Source: Candidatus Eiseniibacteriota bacterium (GTDB taxonomy: Bacteria; Eisenbacteria; RBG-16-71-46; JABDJR01). From it: DNA of 64,000 nt. Below are positions 28,674-37,266 of the stretch, in pieces. Location of the stretch: contig CAWANH010000028.1 in assembly GCA_963783375.1 (NCBI GenBank), positions 800,001 to 864,000 of the forward strand, given 5' to 3'. Below the pieces are notes generated by a model. The model did no database searches. It saw only the letters and a list, made by a program, of their open reading frames with translations, and was not told where the DNA came from. A program made the position numbers and the translations under genes. Every line of letters begins with the position of its first letter. Positions within the stretch are counted from its first letter, which is position 1.

Positions 28674-29996
28674 TCAGTAGTAGGAGAGGTAGCGGTCCAG
28701 CTCCCAGGGATGCACGGTGGCCAGGAACTCGGTCCAGACCTGCCGCTTTCCCGCGATGTAGCTCTCGGCGAGGTGCGGCCCCAGGGCGTCCATGATGACC
28801 TTGTCCTTCTCCAGGGCGTCCAGCGCGTCGGAGAGGGTGGCCGGAAGCTCGTCGATCTTGAGCCGCCGCTTCTCCCTCTGGCTCATCTGGAACACGTTCT
28901 TGTTGACCGGCGGACCCGGATCCAGCTTCTGGGTGACCCCGTCCAGCCCGGCGGCCAGCATCACCGCGAAGGCCAGGTAGGGGTTGCACGAGGGATCGGG
29001 GAGCCGCACCTCGCAGCGCGTGCCGATTCCGCGCCGGGCGGGGATCCGCACCATGGGGCTCCGGTTCCGCTCCGACCAGGCCACGTTGGTGGGCGCCTCG
29101 TAGCCGGGCACCAGCCGCTTGTAGGAGTTCACGATGGGATTGGTGATGGCCACGAAGCCCTTGGCGTGGCGCAGGATCCCCCCGATGTAGTGCATGGCGA
29201 CCTTGGAGAGCTGGTACTCGGCCTTGGCGTCGAAGAAGGCGTTGGTCTTTCCCTTGAACAGCGACTGGTGGCAGTGCATGCCGCTGCCGTTCTGCCCGAA
29301 GATCGGCTTGGGCATGAAGGTCGCGTGCAGGCCGTGCTCCCGGGCCACGTGCCGCACCAGGAAGCGGAAGGTGGCCACGTTGTCCGCGGTTCCTACCGCG
29401 TCGCCGTAGCGGAAGTCGATCTCGTGCTGGCCGTGGGCCACCTCGTGGTGGGCGGCCTCGACCTCGAAGCCCATCGCCTCCAGCGCCATCACCACGTCGC
29501 GCCGGCACTCCTCGCCCTTGTCCACCGGGGCGAGGTCGAAGTAGGCCCCCACGTCGTGGGTGCGGACCGAGGGCGCGCCCTCGGGGTCGAGGTGGAAGAG
29601 GAAGAACTCGACCTCGGGCCCCACCATGAGCTCGTAGCCCAGCTTCTTGGCCCGGGCCACCTGGCGCTTCAGGCAGGTGCGCGGATCGCCGTCGAAATCG
29701 CTTCCGTCCGGCTGCTTCACGTCGCAGACCAGGCGGGCCACCTTCCCCTGCTCGCCGTTGAAGGGGAAGACCCGGAAGGTGTCGAGGTCGGGATGGAGGA
29801 GCATGTCGGACTCCTCGATCCGGGTGAACCCCTCGATCGAGGACCCGTCGAACATGATCTCGCCGTCCAGGGCCTTCGCGAACTGGCTCGAGGGGACCTC
29901 CACGTTCTTGTTGGCGCCGTGGATGTCGGTGAACTGGAGGCGCATGAAGCGCACTCCCTCCGCCTTGCAGATCTTCTGGATCTCGGCCTTGGTCAA
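28674..29996 (-). CDS. glnA: Glutamine synthetase type I
   Basis: FDGSSIEGF, HHEVA.GQHEI, FMPKP, NGSGMH, KRLVPGYEAP; TTG start after AAGGAG. Confidence 0.96.
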   Translation of the reverse strand: MTKAEIQKICKAEGVRFMRLQFTDIHGANKNVEVPSSQFAKALDGEIMFDGSSIEGFTRIEESDMLLHPDLDTFRVFPFNGEQGKVARLVCDVKQPDGSDFDGDPRTCLKRQVARAKKLGYELMVGPEVEFFLFHLDPEGAPSVRTHDVGAYFDLAPVDKGEECRRDVVMALEAMGFEVEAAHHEVAHGQHEIDFRYGDAVGTADNVATFRFLVRHVAREHGLHATFMPKPIFGQNGSGMHCHQSLFKGKTNAFFDAKAEYQLSKVAMHYIGGILRHAKGFVAITNPIVNSYKRLVPGYEAPTNVAWSERNRSPMVRIPARRGIGTRCEVRLPDPSCNPYLAFAVMLAAGLDGVTQKLDPGPPVNKNVFQMSQREKRRLKIDELPATLSDALDALEKDKVIMDALGPHLAESYIAGKRQVWTEFLATVHPWELDRYLSYY

Positions 29997-30236
29997 CGGA
30001 CACGCTCCTTGTGGTGGCTTGCCGGCCCGGCGACCCCCCCGCGGGAGGCGCGGCCGGAAAAACATGCCGGAGAGCGTACCGCCGATCGGAAGTCCGACGC
30101 AATCAGAATATTGACGATTCTGCAAATTTCTTGAGTCACCCAGATCGATTTGGCCTAAAATGAGTCCTTCTGCCTCTGAAATCGTGCAAATCGCGCGCTT
30201 CATGGTGGACACCGGCTATCACCTCGGAGGCCCGGC

Positions 30237-30731
30237 ATGCCCCTGGAAATGACCCCCCTGGCTCCGGCCGACTGGCCGGAAGCGGCGGCGATCTACCGGG
30301 AGGGGATCGCCACCGGCCAGGCCACCTTCGAAACCGGGGTCCCGCCCTGGCAGGATTTCGACGCCCGGCACCTGGCCGTCCCCCGCCTCGCCGCCCGTCT
30401 GGACGGACGTCTCGCCGGATGGGCCGCCCTCTCCCCGGTCTCGGCCCGCCCGGTCTACGCGGGGGTGGCCGAGGTGAGCGTTTACGTGGGGGCGCCCTAC
30501 CGCCGCCGGGGCGTGGGCTCCGCCCTCCTCGCCGCCCTCGTCGAGGCCTCCGAGCAGGCGGGCATCTGGACGCTTCAGGCCGGCATCTTCCCGGAGAACG
30601 CGGCCAGCCTCGCCCTTCACGCCCGCCACGGCTTCCGCCGGGTGGGGATTCGCGAGCGCCTGGGGCGTCTGGACGGCCGCTGGCGGGACGTGGTCCTCTT
30701 GGAGCGGAGGAGCCGGGCCGCGGGGACCTGA
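30237..30731 (+). CDS. GNAT N-acetyltransferase (Pat/MddA/YncA-like)
   Basis: IYREGI..G.ATFE, AEVSVYV, EN.ASL.LH...GF..VG, WRDV.LLERRS. Confidence 0.85.
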   Translation: MPLEMTPLAPADWPEAAAIYREGIATGQATFETGVPPWQDFDARHLAVPRLAARLDGRLAGWAALSPVSARPVYAGVAEVSVYVGAPYRRRGVGSALLAALVEASEQAGIWTLQAGIFPENAASLALHARHGFRRVGIRERLGRLDGRWRDVVLLERRSRAAGT

Positions 30732-30771
30732 CCGGGTCCGCCCTCGGCCGGAGGGTACGGGAGAGAACGTC

Positions 30772-31368
30772 ATGACCCTCAATCGCACGGTTCGATTCTT
30801 CGACCGGCAGTTCCAGAAGCAGACCGCGGAGGGCGGGTCCGTCCTGAATCCCTTCGAGGAGCTGGCCCTCCCCTACCTGCGGGGGCGGGTACTCGACCTG
30901 GGGTGCGGCCTGGGGAACCTGAGCCTCGAGGCGGCGCGCCGGGGCTCGACGGTCCTGGCGCTCGACCTCAGCCCCACCGCGGTGGCCCACGTCCGCGCGC
31001 GCGCGACCGGGCTGCGGTTGCCGATCCAGGCCGAGGAAGCGGATCTGGCCGCCTATCGGATCGACGCGGCGTACGACACGGTGATCGCCGTCGGCCTGCT
31101 CATGTTCCTTCCCCGGAGCCGGGCGACCGCGCTCCTGGAGGACATCCGGGCCCACGTGAACCCGGGGGGCGCGGCCGTCGTGAACGTGATGACCGTGGGG
31201 ACGACGTATCTGGAGATGTTCGAACCGGGGCACCACACCCTCTTCGGGGAGAACGAGCTCGAGGAGAGCTTTTCCGGGTGGGACGTTCTGGAATCCCGGC
31301 CGCACCGGTTCGACGCCCCGGGCTCCACGATCAAGCAGTTTGCCACCGTGGTGGCCCGGAAGCGCTGA
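30772..31368 (+). CDS. Class I SAM methyltransferase (TehB-like)
   Basis: VLDLGCGLG motif. Confidence 0.82.
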   Translation: MTLNRTVRFFDRQFQKQTAEGGSVLNPFEELALPYLRGRVLDLGCGLGNLSLEAARRGSTVLALDLSPTAVAHVRARATGLRLPIQAEEADLAAYRIDAAYDTVIAVGLLMFLPRSRATALLEDIRAHVNPGGAAVVNVMTVGTTYLEMFEPGHHTLFGENELEESFSGWDVLESRPHRFDAPGSTIKQFATVVARKR

Positions 31369-31429
31369 GCGAAACCGGGCGCCCGCGCCGATGCCGGCCC
31401 CGTGCTACCCTCCCCCGCCGGGAGGCGCC

Positions 31430-32176
31430 GTGGAACCGTTCTTTACCCTCGAAGACGTGACCGTTCACCGCACCACGCGGGAGGGCAACGGTCGCGACAT
31501 CCTGTGCGGGATCACCCTCAGCGTTCCCGCGGGGGGGTGCTGGGCGGTGGTGGGACGTTCCGGAGCCGGGAAGTCCACGCTCCTCCGGGTGTTGAATCGC
31601 TTCGAGGAGCCGAGCCGGGGGCGCGTACTGGTGGAGGGCGTTCCCCTGGAGAGCTTTCACCCCGCCCGGCTCCGGCGCGACGTCGCCCTGGTCTTCCAGG
31701 AGCCGGTCTGGCTCCCCGGGACCGTCCGCGAAAACCTCCTGACCTCGGCCGCCCTGGGGCACATCTCCCGGGAGGAGGCGGAATCGCGCCTGGACGGCGT
31801 GCTTCAGGCTTCGGGCCTGGACCGGGCGCTCCTCGACCGCGCCGAGGACGAGCTGAGCGTCGGCCAGCGCCAGCGGGTGGTGCTGGGGCGCGCGCTCATG
31901 GGCCGGCCCCGGGCCCTGCTGCTGGATGAGCCCACGTCCGCGCTGGACCCTCCCGGCGCCCGCGCCCTCCTGGAGCAGATCCGCTCGCTCACCGAGGCCC
32001 ACGGGCTCACCGCGCTCATGGTCACCCACCGGTTGGAGGACGCGCGTCTCTTCGGCGCCGAAACCGTGGTGCTGGACGGAGGCCGCCTGGTCGAGCACGG
32101 GCCCACCGCCGGAGTGCTGGACCGCCTGGAAGCCGAGTGGCGGGAGCCCTCTTCCCGGCCGCAGCCGGGCCCGTGA
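31430..32176 (+). CDS. ABC transporter ATP-binding protein (FetA-like)
   Basis: GRSGAGKS, LSVGQRQR, LLLDEPTSALD. Confidence 0.88.
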   Translation: MEPFFTLEDVTVHRTTREGNGRDILCGITLSVPAGGCWAVVGRSGAGKSTLLRVLNRFEEPSRGRVLVEGVPLESFHPARLRRDVALVFQEPVWLPGTVRENLLTSAALGHISREEAESRLDGVLQASGLDRALLDRAEDELSVGQRQRVVLGRALMGRPRALLLDEPTSALDPPGARALLEQIRSLTEAHGLTALMVTHRLEDARLFGAETVVLDGGRLVEHGPTAGVLDRLEAEWREPSSRPQPGP

Positions 32177-32739
32177 CCGGCTCCCCCGCGAAACCGGACT
32201 CCGGCCGGCAGGTCGCGCTCCTCCGCGGCATCAACGTCGGCAAGGCCAAGCGGTTGGCCATGGCGGATCTGCGGGCGCTGATGGAGAGCCTCGGGTTCGG
32301 CGACGTGCGCACCCTCCTCAACAGCGGCAACGTCGTCTTCACCGCCTCCGGCAGCCCGCCGGCGAAGAACGCGCTCCGGATCGAGCAGGCCCTTGCCGCT
32401 CGGCTGGGGGTCTCCGCCCGGGTCACCGTGATCTCGGGGGACGAACTCCGGGCCGCGACGGCGCGTAAACCCTTCGGGAAGGTCGCCGACAACCCCTCCC
32501 GCCTTCTGGTGGCCGTGCTCGCCGACCCGAAGGACCGCGGGAAGCTCGGTCCGCTGACCAGAGAGGAGTGGACACCGGAAGCGCTGGCGCTCGGCCCCCG
32601 CGTGGCCTACCTCTGGTGCCCGGACGGAGTGATGGCCAGCCGCGTCGCCAAGGCGCTCGACCGCGCGCTCGGGGATGGGGCAACCACCCGGAACTGGGCG
32701 ACGATGCGGAAGCTCCGCGACCTCCTGGACGCCGGCTGA
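32173..32739 (+). CDS. DUF1697 family protein
   Basis: ALLRGINVG...M.DLR...SGNVVF...TTRNW. Confidence 0.88.
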   Translation: MTGSPAKPDSGRQVALLRGINVGKAKRLAMADLRALMESLGFGDVRTLLNSGNVVFTASGSPPAKNALRIEQALAARLGVSARVTVISGDELRAATARKPFGKVADNPSRLLVAVLADPKDRGKLGPLTREEWTPEALALGPRVAYLWCPDGVMASRVAKALDRALGDGATTRNWATMRKLRDLLDAG

Positions 32740-32751
32740 CCCGGGCCGCGC

Positions 32752-33207
32752 CTACTCGAAGTAGTACCGCGCCCCGATCGAGCTGTTGATGGTGAAGTCG
32801 GTGTCCGGCGCCAGGTCCAGGAGCGGCACCAGCTCCACGAAGAGCCCAACCCGGTTGCTCTCGAAGAGATACTCCAACCCCACCGGCACCCGCACGCCGA
32901 TCTCGCTGTCGTGCTCCAGGAACTTGAGCCGGGCTCCCAGACCGTAGTAGAGCGGCAACCGTCCCCGCTCCACCGGGAAGAGATCGTAGTTGTGCCGGAG
33001 GTAGTCGCCGTGGATGTGGAAGGCCGGCTCGTCCACGAAGGACCACGCGGCGGCGAAGTCCAGGGCGGTGGTGCGGGTGAGCCAGGCCTTGGCCGAGATC
33101 CCGGTGGGCTCGCCGAGGATGATGCCGAGCCCGAATCCCCCCTGGGCCGAGGCGCGCGAGGCGGGAAGGGCGAGCAGGAGGAACGACGCGAGAAGTAGCT
33201 TTCGCAT
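32752..33207 (-). CDS. Small outer-membrane beta-barrel protein (DUF3996-like)
   Basis: Signal peptide; GLGIILGEPTGISAK; terminal GARYYF. Confidence 0.72.
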   Translation of the reverse strand: MRKLLLASFLLLALPASRASAQGGFGLGIILGEPTGISAKAWLTRTTALDFAAAWSFVDEPAFHIHGDYLRHNYDLFPVERGRLPLYYGLGARLKFLEHDSEIGVRVPVGLEYLFESNRVGLFVELVPLLDLAPDTDFTINSSIGARYYFE

Positions 33208-33467
33208 GGGGCGCCCCTTTCGGGGATCAGGGTTTACCGGCCGATGATGGTTTGGGCTGAAGGTTCTATCGCTCGTCGGAACGACTATAGCGATTTCCCG
33301 TCGGTCCGCCCAACCCGGCCGGAACCGTCTCCCCCGGCGGTCCCATTCCCGACGCCCCGGAACCCGATCCGACGCGCTCGCTTCCCATCCGCCCCCGGGT
33401 GCATTACTTTCTAACCTACCGGGGCCCGAGCCTGCGAACCCCCGGACCCATCGAACCGAGGACGGAC

Positions 33468-34256
33468 ATGAACCCCTCTCCCTTGATCGAGCTTTCGCTC
33501 TTCAAGATGCTGGTTTCGCTCACCCTGGTGGCGGGGGCCCTGGCGGTGAGCCTCCGGCAGCGCCTCGGGCTGGCGCGCACCATGCTGTGGGGAACGTTCC
33601 GCACCGTGGTGCAGCTCATCGCGGTGGGCTACGTGGTTCACGTGCTCTTCACCCTGAACCACCCGCTGCCGGTCCTGGCCGTGCTCGCGGTCATGCTGGG
33701 GGCGGCGGCGTGGACGGCCACCGGACGCCAGCCGCTTCGCCGAATCCCGCTCCTCCCCCTGGCCACCGGAAGCCTTGCCATCGGCGCCGGCCTCACCGTG
33801 GTCATGGTGGTGGTGGTGATCGTGGGCGCCCGACCCTGGTACGACCCGCGCTACCTCATTCCCCTGAGCGGCATGATCCTCGGGAACGCCATGAACGCCA
33901 TGGCCATCGGCCTCGAGCGGCTGGAGCGGGAGCTTCGCGACGGGCGGCGCCGGGTCGAAGCCGTCCTCGCTCTGGGCGGCTCCCCGTCCCAGGCCGCCGC
34001 CGCTCCCGAACGCCACGCCATGCGCGCCGCCCTCACCCCGATCATGAACTCGATGATGATCGTAGGGCTGGTGCAGCTCCCCGGGATCATGACCGGCCAG
34101 ATCCTGGCCGGAGCCGACCCTCTGACCGCGGTCCGCTACCAGGCCCTGGTCATGTTCATGCTCCTTTCCGGGAACTCGCTCTCGGCGGCGATCGCCGTCC
34201 GCCGGGCCCGTCGCCGCTACTTCACCCCCGCCTGGCAGCTCGCCCTCCCGAGGTGA
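33468..34256 (+). CDS. UPF0014/FetB-like ABC permease
   Basis: RTVVQL, IPLSGMILGNAMN, LPGIMTGQILAGADP..AVRYQ. Confidence 0.88.
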   Translation: MNPSPLIELSLFKMLVSLTLVAGALAVSLRQRLGLARTMLWGTFRTVVQLIAVGYVVHVLFTLNHPLPVLAVLAVMLGAAAWTATGRQPLRRIPLLPLATGSLAIGAGLTVVMVVVVIVGARPWYDPRYLIPLSGMILGNAMNAMAIGLERLERELRDGRRRVEAVLALGGSPSQAAAAPERHAMRAALTPIMNSMMIVGLVQLPGIMTGQILAGADPLTAVRYQALVMFMLLSGNSLSAAIAVRRARRRYFTPAWQLALPR

Positions 34257-34261
34257 CGGCG

Positions 34262-35011
34262 ATGGCCAACCGCGAACTTCATCCCGCACCGGCCGCCTCG
34301 GTGAACCGCGTCGCCGTCCTGGGGGAGATCGAGGAGGACCCCACCGTTCTCGGCTCCGACGATCTCCAGGAACGGCTCTCCCGGGTGCTGGCCGAAATCC
34401 ACCGGGAGCACCACCGCGCGTTCCTGGTTCCTCCCACCGCCGCCTCCGGCTTCCCCGAGTTCGCCGCCGTCCTCACCGACCTCTCCGGGGCCTACCCGCT
34501 GGCCCGTCGCCTGGCCGAGGAGTTCCATCCCCTGGCCGTCCGGACGGGCGCGGCCCGGGGGGAGGTGGTGATCCCGTTTTCGCCTCACCCATCGTCCGCC
34601 GAGGCCTCGGCCGGCGATCCGCCGTGGCCCGGAGGCTTCTCCGCGGGCGAACCCCCCGGCCCCGACCAGCTGGAGGGCCCGGCCTTCGATGTGGCCGCTG
34701 AGCTTCTCTACCGGACCCGCAAGGAGGACCGGCTTCTCCTGGTGGACGGCTTCGGCGGGGCTACCGACCGCCTGGCCAACACCCTGATCCTGGTCCTCCA
34801 CCGCAATCTACAGGGCTGGACGGAGCGCCAGTGCGAGGTGGTCCGGCTCTACCGGGTTCACGGCCGCCAGCGCCGGGTGGCCGAGGAACTCGGGGTGACC
34901 CAGCAGTCGGTGTCGAGCTGTCTGACCGCCACCGGGTGGAAGGCGTTGGTGGAGGCCGAGCAGTGTCTCGGCGCGGTCCTGGCCGGAGAGGTCCCGGGAA
35001 CGTCCGGCTAG
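34262..35011 (+). CDS. SatD-like protein with C-terminal HTH
   Basis: EGPAF, WTERQ, Q..VAEELGVTQQSVS. Confidence 0.68.
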   Translation: MANRELHPAPAASVNRVAVLGEIEEDPTVLGSDDLQERLSRVLAEIHREHHRAFLVPPTAASGFPEFAAVLTDLSGAYPLARRLAEEFHPLAVRTGAARGEVVIPFSPHPSSAEASAGDPPWPGGFSAGEPPGPDQLEGPAFDVAAELLYRTRKEDRLLLVDGFGGATDRLANTLILVLHRNLQGWTERQCEVVRLYRVHGRQRRVAEELGVTQQSVSSCLTATGWKALVEAEQCLGAVLAGEVPGTSG

Positions 35012-35160
35012 TCCCGTCGAGGCGGGGCCGCGCCGCCCCTTGCCCCGGGCCCCCGTCCCGCTTGCTTCCCGGACCCCCGCTCCCGCACAATGAGTTGCAG
35101 TAGGCCGGCGTTCGGGAATACCTCCGAACGCTTTGGACGGGGCCGTAAAGGAGGACGACT

Positions 35161-35673
35161 GTGCGTTCCATCAGATTGTTGTCGATGGTTTTGACGTTTT
35201 TGTTCATCGGGACTCTCGTCTCGGCGCCGGCGGCCCGGGCCCAGGATCGGGAGGTGCGGTTTCACGGGCTCGGTCCCCGGGTGGGGCTCTCCATCACCCC
35301 CAACCAGTTCGTCTTCGGGGGGCACGCCGACTTCGGGGATCCGCTCCCCCACACCAATCTCCTTCTCCCGGTGATCGAGATCGGGGTGGGGGACAACCTG
35401 ACCACCACGTCGATCGGCTCCGACCTTCTCTTCCGGTTCTCCGACCGTTGGGGGGTGTGGACGCCGTACCTGGGAGGCGAGGCGGCCCTCATCATCACCA
35501 GCCTGTCCAACTCCAGGGGGGGGGACAACTCCAACGCCGATCTCGGGCTCTCCGGGATCTTCGGGGTGGAGAAGGTGATCGGCGACAGCAACCGGTTCGC
35601 CGCCGAACTCAAGTTCGAGATCGTGAACGCTCCCAACGTGAAGCTCATGGCCATCTGGGCATTCGGGCACTAA
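35161..35673 (+). CDS. Outer-membrane beta-barrel protein
   Basis: Signal peptide; GPRVGLSITPNQFVFG; alternating beta pattern; PYLGG. Confidence 0.68.
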   Translation: MRSIRLLSMVLTFLFIGTLVSAPAARAQDREVRFHGLGPRVGLSITPNQFVFGGHADFGDPLPHTNLLLPVIEIGVGDNLTTTSIGSDLLFRFSDRWGVWTPYLGGEAALIITSLSNSRGGDNSNADLGLSGIFGVEKVIGDSNRFAAELKFEIVNAPNVKLMAIWAFGH

Positions 35674-35760
35674 CCGTCTATCCGCCACGCGGGTCACCGG
35701 TCGCCGGCGTCCCGCAGGAAAGGGCACCGGTATCCAGATCGTGCGCCACCGGCCCGCACC

Positions 35761-37266
35761 ATGAACGAGCCGACCGGGATCGACCTCGCCCTCATCGAGG
35801 GGCTCGACGAGGAGCTCCTGGCTCGGCTTCACCGGGCCGGGGTGCGCTCCCGTGACGAGTTGGGCCGGCGCCTGGCCACGCGCGACGCCCGCCGCGACCT
35901 GGCTCGCGATCTCGACGTCTCGGTCCGGCGCCTGGAAGCCATCCACTATCTGAACTTCCTCCTCCCCGAGGAGCGGGCGGAGCGGATCCTCGACCTGGAG
36001 CGCCGGGTGGAAGATCGCCACGATCACCTGGTGATCGAAGTCCGCCAGGTGTGGCGGGCCCTGATCGGCCTGGGGGTGGGGCTGGCGGCGATCCTGGTGC
36101 TCGCGGTGGTCTTCCTTCGCGGCGGGGCGCCGGAACGAACGCCCGGCGCGGAGCCCCTGGCCGGGGAAGTCGACGCGCTCCGGGCCCAAGTCGAGGCGCT
36201 CAAACCGATGGCCCTCGGGGACGCCGAGAACCGCTTCCTCTCCGGTTTGGCCGGGCTGGGTCCCGCCCCGGGGTGGAACGGTCCCCTCACCTGGACCCTG
36301 GCCGACAGCCGGGGGCTGGTTCTTCTTCTTGGAAAGGGCGACACCGCCCAGGCCGAGCACGCGGTCAGCCTCGCCCTGGCCCGGCTCACCGAGATCGAGA
36401 ACGCACCCCCGGAGAGCCTCGGGCCGGCGGAGCGGGCGCGACGGGCCGCCGCCCTGGTGGCGGATTTCCGACCGTTCCGCCGCATCGACACCATGTGGGA
36501 CGCGGCGGGAATCCTGGTCCGCGAGCGGCTCCGCTCCCGGGCCCTGGGGCTGGCTCCCCCGGACAGCATCTCGCCCCCGCCGGCCGCGGCCACGCCCTGG
36601 GCCTGGACCTCACCGGGGTTCCTCACCGCGGAAGAGCTGACCTCGAGGCTCGAATCGCTTCCCCTCCGGGAGAGCGCCCTCCCGGTCTGGTTTGAATTCC
36701 TGGGGGAGATGCGAAAGATCGCCGAGCGGGCCCGGAAGGACATGGGCGGGAAGCCCGAGGCCTCGGCGCGCGACTACTGGGTCCGCCGCGCGGAGCTGGA
36801 GCTGGCGGTGAGCGCCGCCGTGCTCGGCCGGAAGGACCTGTCCCCCTATCGGGACCTGAGCCCCCGCGACTTCCTGATCCAGCGGCGCACCTATCTCGCC
36901 AACGTGGTTCTCCACGCGCCGGCGGGGGCGCGCGCGCCCCTGGACTGGCTATGGGTGCAGTACGACGAGGCGGATCAGCTCCTGGACTGGCTGGACGCCA
37001 ACCGGTCGCGGATCGCCTCCGCCGAGGGGAAGCCCTGGGTCGAGGCCATGGAGGTGGTGGAGGCGGAGCGGGCCAGGGACGGGATGGTCGCCGGCGCGGG
37101 GCTGACCGCGTCGGTCCGCCGGGCGCTGGCCGCTTCGGGGGTGGGGGGAACCACCGATCCCTGGGCCGCCGGACGGACGCGCTGGGAGGCGGGGCTCTCC
37201 CCGCTCCTCATGGTGACCCGCGCTCGAGCGCTCGGGCCGAGCGGTGGAGCCCGGACCGCTCCATAG
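35761..37266 (+). CDS. Membrane protein with N-terminal DUF4332/HhH-like domain
   Basis: DLALIEGL...LHRAGVRS; single TM; helical remainder. Confidence 0.55.
   Translation: MNEPTGIDLALIEGLDEELLARLHRAGVRSRDELGRRLATRDARRDLARDLDVSVRRLEAIHYLNFLLPEERAERILDLERRVEDRHDHLVIEVRQVWRALIGLGVGLAAILVLAVVFLRGGAPERTPGAEPLAGEVDALRAQVEALKPMALGDAENRFLSGLAGLGPAPGWNGPLTWTLADSRGLVLLLGKGDTAQAEHAVSLALARLTEIENAPPESLGPAERARRAAALVADFRPFRRIDTMWDAAGILVRERLRSRALGLAPPDSISPPPAAATPWAWTSPGFLTAEELTSRLESLPLRESALPVWFEFLGEMRKIAERARKDMGGKPEASARDYWVRRAELELAVSAAVLGRKDLSPYRDLSPRDFLIQRRTYLANVVLHAPAGARAPLDWLWVQYDEADQLLDWLDANRSRIASAEGKPWVEAMEVVEAERARDGMVAGAGLTASVRRALAASGVGGTTDPWAAGRTRWEAGLSPLLMVTRARALGPSGGARTAP

Noticed and set aside
30050-30085. 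Possible sigma54 promoter for glnA (CGGCATGTTTTTCCG)
   Set aside because: No GC at the -12 position with correct spacing.
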